This document shows positions 26,015-39,699 of a stretch of 64,000 nt of DNA, piece by piece (positions within the stretch are counted from its first letter, which is position 1; every line of letters starts with the position of its first letter). A program made the translations under genes and the position numbers. The notes under the pieces are model-generated. The model ran no database searches, had not been told where the DNA came from, and saw nothing but the letters and a program-made list of their open reading frames with translations. This stretch comes from Tubulanus polymorphus (Eukaryota > Animalia > Nemertea), in contig NC_134025.1 of the NCBI RefSeq assembly GCF_964204645.1, forward strand, positions 15,562,001 through 15,626,000. Reading direction: 5' to 3'.

Positions 26015-26921
26015 AAACTATTTTATATTTTCAAAGAAATATTTTTCATAATATGAAAAAATATTCAAATAAAATTCATATGATGTCACATATCTGAGGG
26101 TGGCTGAATGTATGGCCGCGGAAGCTAAAATACTGGTGCAGTAAGAAATCGGCGTATTAGATCGTTTTAAATCCTGGAATTTACCACTACAATATTCAGA
26201 CCTCAACCTATACCTATACTTTGCTGCTTAGTGTTTTCAGGTCACAAGAAATTACAATTTACTACAAATTCCATCAAACAGAAAACACAGCGCTCATCTT
26301 CTGCTGACGAAATGTCAAACGCGCCAGCAAGCAGCGTTACAGTATCACTATAGTAGTGTATACTGTATGCACGTGTGTTTGTGTGTGCAACAGTCTAGTC
26401 TAATGATTTCCGCGCGCACGTGGAGGCCTTGTGTAAGTGAATGTTCACTTACACTTCAATGTCAATCAAATCAATCACCGGGTATTAAAATGAAACGATA
26501 CCTATGGGGATAATAATTACTTTCTCACCAGCAATGAGCATTTGAAATTCGCATGTATACGGCACCTAGTCCAATGAAACGTTCGCCATTCTTTGGCTTT
26601 CCCATAATTATTTCAATAGCGCCGGAATTCCCCGTATATCCCAAAAACAGCCAATCACATTCGCTCGTAGAGACAACGCCTCCCAATCTAGGTCATTGCA
26701 ATTTTATACGCTAGAGCTAAGAATTTTCCCGCCAAAAACAGTTTTTCGTAGAATTTTAACAATGTTGACCATGTCATCGACGGAGGTTCGTCATGTATTC
26801 AATCGCATCGATTATACGTCGTTTAAGCCGAGAACCAATGAAACAAATGCTCACATAAAAAAATGTACCGCGATTTTACATGAATTGGCTCAATGCCAAC
26901 TTCATATCGCTGACAAAGGTA
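26015..26921 (+). repeat. Interspersed DNA-element family; further copies at about 47200-50100 (split by RTE) and about 18000-18085
   Basis: Shared blocks tatggccgcggaagct, ggcacctagtccaatgaaa and agccaatcacatt. Confidence 0.8.
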
Positions 26922-29451
26922 AACCAACAAAGCCCAGAGGGTTCAAAGGCAGAAAAACTAAGGGGTAATCAGACAAAAACAAAAGGCAAGAACATCGAAG
27001 GGATAATCAAGGAATGAGTGAGGGAGTGAGTGAGTGAAGTGTCAAACGGAGAAAAACAAGCTAACGGGATTAGAATAATGGGGGTACAAGTGAAGCGAGA
27101 AATTTACAGATCAAAATATTGTGAGGAGAAAAACCGTTATTCAAATTATCACATTTATCAATATTTTCAATAATAAGGGCAGATTCCATAATGTGACGTT
27201 TGGTTTTATCGGGACAGGGAAAGATTATAGCGGCATTATCAAAATCAAAAATGTGACTGGTTTCATAAACGTGATTAGCTACTCCATTCTCGGGTTTGAA
27301 ATTTTTTATGTCATTTTTATTTTCTCTGAGGCGCTTGTTCAAATCACGCCCAGTTTCACCAATATATATTTCATTACATACTTTACAAGGTATTTTGTAT
27401 ACAACAATGTTCAAAGGTTCCGTTTTGCAGGAATTGTGAGTTAAGTTATGACTAAGTTTATCATTGTAAATGAAAACGAGCTGTTTGTTAAGGAGATGAA
27501 GGGGGGTTTTTGATTTTTCCAAAAAGGAACAAAAGGTACGACGATGGGCTGTTTCTGAGGGCGCGAAACATGAGAATTACACGGTCTCAAAAGAGAGCTT
27601 TATTCAAAAGGTTGTTAGGATAAGCTAACTAATTAAGGGAATTCCTGATCTGGGTGAGTTCATCATCGAGAAAAAAGGGGGTCGCAAATCCTAAAAGCAC
27701 GAAGAAATAGAATTAGTGAAATAGAAATAGAATTAGTTGGCTTTGTTATTGTGGGATTTCTCTCGTCGTCATCACACACGGATATTGTGTATCTTCTCGT
27801 CTAATTATTTGTCTTATTTGTAAGCCCAAAGGTTATCAACACCATGGTATATAATATATCAGTGTCAAATACATAGGTAACAATTTTCTGAGGCCTGAAA
27901 TTATACCCCAATGAAACCTCTTACATCCGGCCTTCCGACTCATCGGTGGAAAAGTGGGTAAATGAGTGGAGAAATAAATTTTTTAGTTGTTCTATTGCTT
28001 TGAAATTTTTACTACATACACTAAGGATATATGGCATACAATTTCAGTTGAAATTGAATAGATCAGTGCATTTTCAGACAGAGTAGTTTATCTGAAACTT
28101 TTTCATGAATTTTTTTCATGGCAGCCATCTTGGAGTATGTGACCTTGACCTCAAGTTCACTTATATCCAAATTATTTATGTCTACTTCGTTGGCCCAAAA
28201 GTTATTAACAACATGCTATATAATTTTTCTGTGTCAGATACCTTGGTAACTATTCTATGAAGCCTCAAATATATCCCTATAAATCCCTAAATTCCCTCCG
28301 GTACAGCAGCGGAGACACTTTGTGGTATAGAAAGGGTTAAGATTTAATTTTAATATTCTATTAGTATTAAAATGTTTAACTTTTGTATGTTTGAAACATA
28401 TAATTTAATATGTTAATATTTCAACTCAATCTATTTTCAATATAGTAATTATTATTCTTCTCATAGTTTTTATGTTTAATTGTTTGATATATTTGATCTA
28501 TTTGATTTTAAATATTTACCCCCACAATAACAATACACTTTTTCTTTAGGATTGAATTTAAGAAAATGCATTATCCAAACAACATTGAATTCCAATATCT
28601 TTAATAGATTTATTATTCACATTAAATTCCAAAATTTTCATTATAAATAATTTGTTTATTATCAAAATTGAAGTAATTCAATTGCCGTTTTTCAATTTTC
28701 AAGTTTATCATATCATTATAACCTTAAATAAAGGACCATGGGTCCAGTAGGATCAACCGAGTTAGACATTTTAGTTTTGAGCACAAAAATTGATTTATTC
28801 TTGGATTTGCAATAACGAACAGCTGATAAAGATGAAATCATGGTGCACTTTGTAGCAAGCATGTTCAACTTTGATGATTTACATGGTAATGGGTTTTCCC
28901 TATGAGTGACAAGTACATGGTAGAGAACAGTTCTTGATAATGTCACTAGGAAAGCCCTTCTAGAGGGATTCCCAAGTGATGCCCTTGTGAAGGGCTTTCT
29001 CTGTGATGTCATGAAACTAGGTCAAGCATCGATTAGTAGAATGGGGGAAAAATCCATTGAAATTTTGCACATTTTCTCCCAGCACATCCAAATGGCTTAG
29101 AGCTGATGGTCGAAACTTGCCATATTCAATTCCACCACCTATTTCCCTCCATATGACAAAATATGAGCTGTTTACCTATGTTGATCCTAAAAGTATCAAA
29201 TCATCATTTCTTTCATTAAATGGAATTTCAAGAATATTTATTATTTTTTCATCTTAATTTCCTTTATAATTTGAAACTGTATTAAATATTTTAGGATTTT
29301 TAACACCATTATCATTTTAAGTATCTATTAGTTGAGTAATTGAATAGGATTCATTTAATAACATTTAATTAATTAGATAAATACAACCGATTTTATATTG
29401 TCTTCCATACACTCAATTTGTTGCTGAGATGTAATTTTCAACATTAAATAG

Positions 29452-30500
29452 CAGTGCTTCATCTAGCCAAAAATTGAAGGGCGGTATGCCCCGCCCCTGA
29501 AAATAGCCGCCCTTGTGCCCTTCAGATGTGTCCCATGCTCGCCCTTGTGCCCTCATCACTTGCCCTAGGTCCGCCATCCTGCCCTTGTCAGTCACGAGTA
29601 ATGAGTCAGGGCTTTCAAAATAAGCCGACGCATCCGACTGTTAGTAAGTTTCCTGCGACGGCTATGAAATATCTCGTATGATATCAACGATAGTAGCTCA
29701 TGTGATCAGTGGTTATATTCAAATGTTCTGCAGTCAGTGTGCATCGTGTGAAAACGTGCCTCAGACGCGTGGCCTAGTTTAAGTTTCCAGGAAATTGGCT
29801 GACTTCCAAACTACTGCCAATCATTCTAGCGAATGCCGTTGTAAAGCTGGTAGTGTATATTCGATTGATTGTTTCGTTTAGAACACATCGTGATGCTCTG
29901 GATCTTTTTATCTTGACTATTAGACAAATTTTTTATATACAAGGTGAAAAACTTTCGGTGAACTCACAGAGAGACTCGCACAGACAATTAGTTTGAGTAG
30001 CCTAATAGCAATAATGTGTTCTTAAGCTGACTGCTTACCAATTATCAACAGTTAATTGCCAATCACTAACACTATCAATTTAAATCAATTAATTTGATAT
30101 TTCTATGATTAAAAATATGCCATTTCATGTAGGCCTATACACTATTGCTGGCTCTTTTTCGCTGTATTTGCTACGTGAGATTGCTTTTTTCTGCAATTTT
30201 TTTGTCTGCAACTGGTTTTCCAAATCATCTAGATTAACTTTTGTTCATTGACAGGCATAGGTGTAAGGATGTACTGTGGTCAAGTGTGTCACTCATGGCA
30301 TGATCAGATTTAAACATAGCTTCTAGTCCTCAATCGTAGTAGGGGGTACCTCGATTCTATGCAATAGGGAACATTGCAGTTTGCCCCTAAAACAGACGTG
30401 AGCGCGTTATTATGTGCCCTTGCTCCGATGGAATCACGCACAAAAATGCCCTTATTTGAAATCAGCACCCTGCCCTTTTTTAATGCTAGATGAAGCACTG
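29452..30500. mobile_element. hAT-like MITE, 16-bp perfect TIR, 5-bp TSD (aatag)
   Basis: TIR cagtgcttcatctagc / gctagatgaagcactg, with tgccc subterminal repeats. The empty site is visible in the inverted copy at about 22440. Confidence 0.9.
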
Positions 30501-31261
30501 AATAGTGAAAATAAGTTATCAGTTTCTTTTATTTCAATTTTCTATTTGGGTTCTAATTCTTTCATTTATAAAACAAAAATTTTATTAAAATGAATTTTCT
30601 AGATTATTTATATTTTAAAATCTAACTTATATCAATATAAACATTTAATGTTATAAATCTAAATTATTTTGCTAGCACTTTACTCACACTTTTATAATTA
30701 AAATATAGTAATTCACTATGTTTTTAGTAAAGAAATATAATTTCAACAACTAAAAACATAGTAAATCTATATCATATATGAAATCATTAGAGTAAGGGGA
30801 ATATCTTGTTTCATATCAGAGGTTGAAAGGTTGGGAATTTAGAAAATATTTAAAATATTACCAATTTCTAATCAAAATTATAACAAAATTTAAAATTTAT
30901 TGATTGCGGAGCGGGCCGCGTAGCGGGACGTGAAGTCATTGATAAATGTCATATTTTGTTCCAATTTTGGTTAAAAATTGGAAAAAAATGTTTAAAAATT
31001 GGTAATATTTTCTAAATTTTCGACCTTTGTCCTCTGGTATTAAACAAGATATTCCCCCTTACTCTCAAGTCTGCTGAACACTTGAAATTTTTTCATAAAA
31101 ATCTTCAGAAAGCAAAGAATTTTAGAATCTTTTCCGGCCAATATTTAGAGAGCATATAATGACTAAAATCATTATATATCACCTTTACAATGAAACTTTT
31201 ATTCTTTTAGATTTCTATTTGATTTTCCCACTTTTCATTGGCAATGGGGACAAGAAAGAGT

Positions 31262-31448
31262 AGAGAATCTCTTCACCATTGCCAGTGACGAGTTATCTCG
31301 TTATTGGTTTTTTCTACTAAAATAGATCAATGTATTGGTTTATCAATGTACAAAAAGTGCTGGCAGCATATAAATTGTATAATGTCAAAAATTAGCCTTG
31401 GCAATGGCGAACGGACCTTAACCACTAGGTGGCAGTGAAAGTGTTAAT
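31262..31448. mobile_element. piggyBac-type MITE relic; further left ends at about 31665 and 32243
   Basis: Ends ggcagtgaaagtg-TTAA. Starts taactctttcagtgcc and ttaacccttaacctgcc lie nearby. Confidence 0.45.
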
Positions 31449-31468
31449 CATAATTAAGGGTTATTTAC

Positions 31469-31546
31469 GCTTCATGAAACTGGCTCCTGCTCAGTATATC
31501 CAGTGGTTACACCATGAGCTAACAGAAAGTTACTCTCATAACCATT
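31469..31546 (-). CDS. Host gene candidate exon with an apparent +1 frameshift: NGYESNFLLAHGV / PLDILSRSQFHE(A)
   Basis: Acceptor ctttatag, donor GTAAAT. The length is 78 bp, but 77 bp is needed to join a phase-0 upstream exon to the phase-2 start at 20753. Confidence 0.5.
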
Positions 31547-34500
31547 CTATAAAGATGAACACAATTGATCCATTTGACCCATTTCATATGTCAAAGATCC
31601 GTCACAAATTTTAATTTGTAACATTCATTTCATCAATATATCAAATCCATAAGCCACTCAATATAACTCTTTCAGTGCCCGGTCGACTTTCGTCGACAGA
31701 TTATTTCACATCATACAGTGCCCTGTAAACTTTTGTCGTCATTTCTTATAGCAGATTATTTTTAGCTTTTCGTATAGAATTCAGAAACCTGCCGCTAGAT
31801 GGCTTGATTAAATGGCAGCACCCATAAGTTTGTTTTTCTGCTGCGTTTTTGTGGAGTTGCAATTCAAAAAATTAAAAGGCAAGATGCATTTATTTGGTTG
31901 CGGCTCTTGCTATGAAATTAGCTACAAATGACTATAAATAACTTTAAGGTATATTTATTGAAATAGACAATAGGTTCTTACCTACGATACACTTTCCCTG
32001 ACAACAGCGTGAGCTTTAGGAGCACATTTGACGGAAGTGCATGCATGACCAGTTCATTTTTGAAATCCAGTAACTGAAAGGAAACACAAAATCAATGCAT
32101 GGCAGCGATAATGGGTTTCTGCCTCACTGGCTTAAATGTTGCACTGGGAAGCATACAAAGATTTCATCGAAATTATTCTCATCAGTTAATAACGTACGGC
32201 TATTTTGAAGGAGCGCAAGCTTTGGGTCAACACATTATATCCTTAACCCTTAACCTGCCGGCAGCTTTATTGCTAAGTCTTGTGTTTGCCAGATGATTTG
32301 CGTGTTAATGAAATTAACTGATTAAATCCTCATAACTTCCAAACTATTGTATATAGGGCATTGAAACTTCGCAAAGTAGTAGTTTACAGTCATCGCCACG
32401 GAATAGTGCTGAAAGATTAAACTTCCCATTTTTGAAAGAGGGGGTCTACTAGGTGGTGTCACTTTTTGGGGTCCAGTGCAAAAAGACCCCCTAGAGAGTC
32501 AGAATACTCACAATTCATGTTAGATTGTCGATATTCATAACTAAAGACACGCTAGATTACTATATCAATCGTCAAAAAACTTTATTATGCTTCTAATTAC
32601 GGTTTAAATGTTTGAATCTTCATCAAAATCAAAAAGTATCAAATTCATGGGGAGTTTTTAGGTCAAAATTCTTCAAAATATCAAAATGAGAAATTACTTC
32701 CGGGTTTAGTATTGGCCAATTCATGCTTTTTTCATAAAGGACTACCCAAGTCATCTGATGAATTATTTTTCCTTTGTATTTAATCGACATAATTTTCATA
32801 CTAGAAACTCTACTACTTTCTATGTACGCTTTTCTAAGACTTCAGCCAAATCAAAGTCTCTTGGTCCCCCTCATGGGTCATGGGTCCCCCTATTATGGAA
32901 TACCCTAAATCTCGACATTATTTCTTTTAGTTCTATTGCTATCTTCAAAAAACGTTTAAAGGATAGGACGTCATCGATAAAATGAGGCACGCAGCTGAGC
33001 TCGCCTGTCAATCAACATAATTGGTTTACACTAAAGATACGCTTACTTGAAAAACTATGTAGTGTATCAATCTAGAATTTTCGGCACAATATCCGATGCT
33101 AAATACCTTACTTTAAAGGTTTATTTGGTGTAAATCGGATCAAAAATATTTCTAATATTTTGTTCTTAACTTTTGAAGTGGAAGCCGGAAACGGCATCAA
33201 GGTGTGTATGGCTGTACGTACGGGTACTGGCGCTTTAACAGGCTCAGCATTGATGGTGTATTTATGCGCGAGTAGATGTAATGATTTGTTTTAACCAACC
33301 GCTAAATCGGTGTTCATTACGCATGATTTTAGAAAATGATATTATTCAGAGTATTTGAATATATCTATCAAGATAATTATAATATTCTTAAGACAAGTGA
33401 ATTACTTATGTAGACCTATTTCATTGAGGCGTATCACTCAATCTGAAAAAATATTCCGATCCTGTCACGTGACTTCATGACTGCAACTTGTCGATAGCTT
33501 AGGTTGTCATTCTTCGAACCAAAAACTACTTCAGATTTTTTTTTCCCATAGTACTCAGTTTGCATTTTCTTTTTTTCTAAGTATTTGCTTGTACTATATC
33601 TTTTGTATGATACCATGGTGTTTCGTTCTTTTCTTTTTAGGGTTTTCTGTTTCTTCACGGAAAACCCTATTGAAATCCGCGTGATTATTTTTTTTTCCCT
33701 TTTCCACACAGTTTTTGTTAAAAGAGTAAAGGCTTCCTTACCTTACCGCTGTCGCCGATACAATCCGTATGATATCCTTCAGCTCACTTCAATCTCCAGA
33801 TACTGCATGGGAATTTTGATAAATCCACATTATAAAGGCACGTAAAGCCGTAAACATCGGAAATTTGGCTGCCTTCAATTAGTAGCCATGTTGTGTTTTC
33901 TTTCCGAAATTTCTCTCTTCTTTATGAGGAAGAGCTATCGAATTATTCCCTCTCTTCTCCACAATCAATTTCAAAGACAATTTTATGAATTTATTGCTCA
34001 GCGGGTCCGAGTCCAAGAGTTTACGAGTCCAGCGTTCGCGTGTCTGACAGGTTTACGGGCATTTGTTTGTTACCTCTTTAATATTTTTAATTTCTTGTTA
34101 TTCCGGTTATTTCATTTAAGTATATTGCTGATCAGTTCATGTAACCAAAAGCGTCAATAAACAGATTTTGAATTGATCAAGTTTAAATCAAGGTCGTTGA
34201 GTTGCGGAGGGCTACTAGAATTACGTTCGTCTCAGAGAGAAAAGAAACGACAGAAAAGTATCAGGTGATTATCGATAGCCTACTACGGTACACACAGTTG
34301 ACAAACAGTGTTAGGCCTGTGCCGGTTGGTGGGGAATAAATATACTGGTTGGTCAGTTGGTTCGGTTGTGAAGTGTGGAAGCTAAGAAAGCCTACCGGTA
34401 TTTATTTGTCTATATATAGGCCTATTATATAGTACCCAATAGCATTTTAAGTACGTAGTTGTTACTCGTACGTGACTGTACAGTGATATCCACAGGTTAA

Positions 34501-34970
34501 CCGTACGTGAGTTCCCTAAAGACGCCGTACGTGAGTTCCTATAATCTGCAAACACGCGTGCGTAAAAGAAAGAGTTTGGGTTAGGTGAGGCTAGGCTATT
34601 TGTAAATCAAATTTCATCTAACCTGCAGTTACGTTGTGGCACAGTGGGTAAATCACTGGACTACTACTGGATTTCTTTTTTTCGTTTGGTTTCAAATCCC
34701 AATATTGCATGTCTGAGCGTCAACGTATTCACATATGGCTAACCTGTAGTAATCGCCGTACAGTCACGTACAGGTAACAACAGCGTTTTAAGTATTAAGT
34801 GAGTGCGACAAGCCAACCATGCCTATGTGCTACAAACACAACTTTTTCCCCTCTCGTCGGCCCTACAGTGATGTTACTAATAACTGGTGCCATTATAACA
34901 TGGATAGGATTTGGTCAGGACTAGCCTAAAGTCTAATTCAGTCTATGTACTAATTCACTCCATAGGCCTA

Positions 34971-36022
34971 TTTTTAGCCCACTTGGGACTTTAGTCCCAG
35001 CGGGCTATTGCGTTCACTTTTCGTCTGTCCGTACGTCCGTCCGTAGACAGAATCCAGTTATTTTGGGAAGTTTTGAAGACACTTCAATTTAATGTCTTGA
35101 TATTTGGGTTACACATGCATCTACCCTAGACACATCTTAAGCCAAAAAACTGGCTCTGTCAGATTCAAGATGGCTGACTGGCAGCCATTGTTGTTCGTCA
35201 AAATCAACACTTTTTACACATTTTTGAACTATTAGAGGGAAATTTTGAAGACGCTTTGATCAATTACCTTGATCTTTTGGATGTATGTGAATCCCCCCAG
35301 GGCCCATCAGCATACCAAAAATTGGGTCGATCGGACTCAAGATGACCGTCCTATGACCTTTATAGTGCCCAAAAATGTCAATTTTGGCCCGAATTCTAAG
35401 TGCTGTAGCTCCCTACTGGTTTGCCATTTCTCATTGCAATTTGTGATGGGTATTCTTTGAAAAGGGATGTTTTATACCTGAGACAGGTATTTTTGATCAG
35501 CCAATCATGACGCAATAGGCGGCCATCTTGGTGTCATAAGCACTCATTCGTAGGTGGGAAAAAGTTTTTCCGCATTATATTCTTGATATTTAAGCGTATT
35601 TTCTTACCACAATCAATTGGAAAGTTGTAGCTCATGACATGGTTAATGATTGTGAATAATACAATATCTTAGTATTTCTATATTATATTCGTATCAATGC
35701 ATATTTTGTAACCACAATCAATTGCAAAGTTGTAGCTCATGACATCATCTATGATTGTGGCAAGTTTTAAGGCCAATAGTTATTCTATATGGTCACCAGG
35801 GGGCGCTGAATAGTAGAATAACGTAGTATTTTCTTATTATATTGGTACCTACAAAGTTACTTACAAAGTTATAGTTCATGACATGTTCTATGATTGTGGT
35901 GAGTTTCAAGGTCAGTGGGTTTTGAATATGGTCACCAGGGGGCGTTGAATAATGAAATTGTTAGATTGTTGAGCATTCGGAACCACTTCCCAAGTGGGCA
36001 TGGTGTCCCTGGACCCCCAGTT
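34971..36022 (-). mobile_element. HINE-like element, copy 3 (shorter repeat core)
   Basis: Reverse complement of copies 1 and 2, with both termini present. Confidence 0.9.
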
Positions 36023-36589
36023 AAAACAATACAGTGAAGTATTCACACGCAGAAAGGCCAATTGATTTGAGCCATGTGATTAAATTAGGCCAGGTCTTCT
36101 CTGACCCGCTGACATTAATAGTCAAACCTAGATCCAAAACGTTCATATGGTCACGGCTTGTATACCAGAAATCATTGTAGGCCTGTACATTTAGCTGTTC
36201 GTAGGTTTGATATGCCGATTTCTTAACTGATAAGTGTACGGTTCAGCTGTACGCATTAGGCCTATACAATTGTTCCAATGGGAATAGGGCCTATCGATTG
36301 GGCTTATTATTTCCTGCTTTAGAATACTGAAATAAGCCTAACGTTCATTCAAATATCCAACATCGGTGAAATTTTGATTACTGTACACATGTACTGTTGG
36401 TTTTTCATGTTGTATGAATATTTTGCAGATATGATGCTGATTCCAATGTCAAACACATGAAGTTAGATGGTCAAGGACAGTCAAAACCAATGAAGATATC
36501 TCTCTTCGACCGATGTTGCATAATAGAATATCTGATTCTTTCAACTCAAGCAAAGTGATTCAACACGATCGACATAACACTGGAATAGG

Positions 36590-38116
36590 TTTGCAGTAAC
36601 TAAACGGTTCATTTCATTTAGTCCTATGTACTTTTTTTAGCCAATTTGAATTTGATTGTAATTGAAACTCTGTAACTGTTAACAAAAGACAAGTTCAAAA
36701 AACACAAGTTATGCCCGATTCTCATGTTCAAATTTAATTCAAATTCAAATTTATTTCATTACATCATATTTAATTGGTTCATACAGTAATAAAAATTAGG
36801 AAAGAACAAATATTATTACAGAATTTTCAAAAAGGCAATGAATTTCTATGACTAAATGAACATTATTTTTCTAATAACTCAGATCAAGAGTGACTCTCCC
36901 GTTTATTAGGAAACACACGCAACTAGTGGAATAGGTTTGATTTACACACATATTGCAGGTATCAATTGTTTATCACTATAGAATTTGTAATCCATAAAAG
37001 CCAAAATCAACATCAGCCGGAAACCCAGACCAAATCAATTCATAATTTATTGATTGAATCTACACTACAATATATGTATTTATTCAAATATTTGCAGTAA
37101 CTAAACGGTTCATTTCATTTAGTCCTATGTACTTTTTTTGAGCCAATTTGAATTTGATTGTAATTGAAACTCTGGAATTGTTAACAAAAGACAAGTTCAA
37201 AAAACACAAGTTATGCCCGATTCTCATGTTCAAATTTAATTCAAATTCAAATTTATTTCATTACATCATATTTACAAAGCATATCATTGGTTCATACAGT
37301 AATAAAAATTAGGAGAGAACAAATATTATTACAGAATTTTCAAAAAGGCAATGAATTTCTATAACTAAATGAACATTATTTTTCTAATAACTCAGATCAA
37401 GAGTGACTCTCCCGTTTATTAGGAAACACACGCAACTAGTGGAATAGGTTTGATTTACACACATATTGCAGGTATCAATTGTTTATCACTATAGAATTTG
37501 TAATCCATAAAAGCCAAAATCAACATCAGCCGGAAACCCAGACCAAATCAATTCATAATTTATTGATTGAATCTACACTACAATATATGTATTTATTCAA
37601 ATATTTGCAGTAACTAAACGGTTCATTTCATTTAGTCCTATGTACTTTTTTTGAGCCAATTTGAATTTGATTGTAATTGAAACTCTGGAACTGTTAACAA
37701 AAGACAAGTTCAAAAAACACAAGTTATGCCCGATTCTCATGTTCAAATTTAATTCAAATTCAAATTTATTTCATTACATCATATTTACAAAGCATATCAT
37801 TGGTTCATACAGTAATAAAAATTAGGAAAGAACAAATATTATTACAGAATTTTCAAAAAGGCAATGAATTTCTATAACTAAATGAACATTATTTTTCTAA
37901 TAACTCAGATCAAGAGTGACTCTCCCGTTTATTAGGAAACACACGCAACTAGTGGAATAGGTTTGATTTACACACATATTGTAGGTATCAATTGTTTATC
38001 ACTATAGAATTTGTAATCCATAAAAGCCAAAATCAACATCAGCCGGAAACCCAGACCAAATCAATTCATAATTTATTGATTGAATCTACACTACAATATA
38101 TGTATTTATTCAAATA
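36590..38116. repeat. Recent tandem triplication, units of 501, 513 and 513 bp
   Basis: Unit start tttgcagtaactaaacgg at 36590, 37091 and 37604. Units are nearly identical. Confidence 0.95.
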
Positions 38117-38949
38117 TTTCAATAAAAACATTAACTTCTTAAATCTATTCTAAATCATAATACGTTCTTATCTGTAAATTCACTCAATCTATCAACTCAG
38201 CAGGTGCTTAAGATGAGTTCTTAATAGGACAGATACATTTTCAAGCATGGTGATAATACAGTATCATGATGTTTGAATGCCAAAATAAATGCCTGGTCAA
38301 AGAAATTCATATTTGTTGATTTTACGTCCGCGTATGTTCGGTTTCAAAGCTGAATCATATTTGACGTTAACACAGTGTTTGCATATTAGGTTCGAATCTG
38401 TCAATGCATTTTATTTTTTATGTATCGGTATTTCAATTTACTACAATTCCCATCATTCTGAATGGCTTTGCAGAAAACCTGTCATCGCTGCTTAGCAGCT
38501 ATATTTTTTTTAAATATTTTAAGGTACTTCACATTTTCAAGCTTAAAGCTTTCTGAAGGATCCTTGCTGTAAAATCAAAATTAATTATTACCTAATTACA
38601 TTTTGTATATCAAATGTTTTCATATATTTGTAATATGAATGAAAATGTAATATATAATTTTAATTTGTTCAGAAATAAAGCTACCATATACCATAACATC
38701 AGGTCAATAGAAACTTGTTGAACCTGTCTTTCAGTTGTAAAATGTGGGTGGTAGGCTAGAGCATTTTCACATTTTACAAATTCTCCCCGGATATACAAAT
38801 TATAATCATTTGGATGCCTAATCACCCAAGCCTGTCAGCTTTTCACAAAATGGCAAAGGATGATATTTGATAAAATACAACCCCAGTTCAGAGTCAATAC
38901 CTTGACACAAAACAATTGTGTTTTCATAAGTAGCACAGACAGCGACTGG

Positions 38950-39618
38950 AGCTGACAGGAACAAATACCTCAGACAAATCTTTTTCCTTGGTCTTATTGA
39001 TTTGAACGGGGAATAAAATTTAATTTTCTGAAATTTGCTCAATAAAACAAAATTAAATTGGATTTCATGTTTTATTTGTTCAGTAAAGTAAAATTGAATT
39101 GGATTTGATAATTTTTTTGCAGAAATAAAATTAAAATTCGATTGAATTTGCAGTTTGACCACATGGCTAATTAGCATATCATGTTCATCCATCTGATTTG
39201 AGAAAAAGCTATTTTTCGCGGACAGCATAATTGTCAATGATATTTTTTTTTAGCGCAAATAAAATCATTCCTCCCAAAAACCAAATCAACTAAAGATTTC
39301 ACAGAAATCGGTCTTGAAATAACAGTTTTAAATCTTAAAATAAAACTGCGGGTACATGTGAACACCTGCTGATCTCTGCAGCTAAGCCAATCACATAGGA
39401 GTCTTTGCTTTCAGATTGGCTTTTAAAGAACAGATATCTTTGTTCAGATTTTCGTGAAAAAGATCATATAAATTTTAACGAGGCCTTTTTTCAAAACTCA
39501 GCCTCATTGGGTTTAGAGAATGGATAATGCTTTAATGAATGATTATGCTCAGTTGCACAGTCAAAGAGCCTTTGCTCTGGAAACCATGTCATTTAAATTC
39601 GTTCCATTTGTATAGTAC
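38950..39618. repeat. Interspersed repeat, paralogous to about 45160-45720
   Basis: Shared blocks acatggctaattagcatatca, aagatttcacagaaatc and ctctggaaaccatgtcatttaaat...ccatttgtatagta. Confidence 0.75.
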
Positions 39619-39699
39619 GGCTGGCCTAAAAATGAAGTTAAATGGGCTTATTACCCTTTAAGATTTATGAAATGCAATTATTACTCACTGATAACTTAC

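Larger units (their letters stand above)
25899..27802 (-). mobile_element. Penelope-like element copy 2 with inverted pLTR pieces and a 13-bp TSD
   Basis: GIY-YIG ORF 27070-27522 (VYKIPCKVCNEIYIGETGR). TSD aattatttgtctt at 25886-25898 and 27803-27815. Confidence 0.88.
25426..28336 (+). mobile_element. piggyBac-derived element inserted at TTAA, internally deleted, carrying a nested Penelope
   Basis: TTAA-cccttacaatac ... gtatagaaaggg-TTAA (10/12 IR match). The flanks rejoin the AT-rich repeat unit. Acidic N-terminus LDEMVQQLVYDADSEAGDLEFGSEQIESDNDYD at about 25608-25720. Confidence 0.75.
22360..31065. other. Extremely AT-rich island with inverted duplication, decayed ORF and tandem repeats of about 65 bp; possibly virus/Polinton-derived; hosts several nested TEs
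   Basis: 22360-22640 is the reverse complement of 30501-30592 plus 29250-29450. The AT-rich repeat flips orientation near 23130. A 35-bp IR pairs 30789-30823 with 31030-31065. Confidence 0.5.

Noticed and set aside
34627-34710. tRNA-like A/B box sequence (also at about 6488-6545)
   Set aside because: No cloverleaf can be formed. It is a degenerate motif within a repeat.
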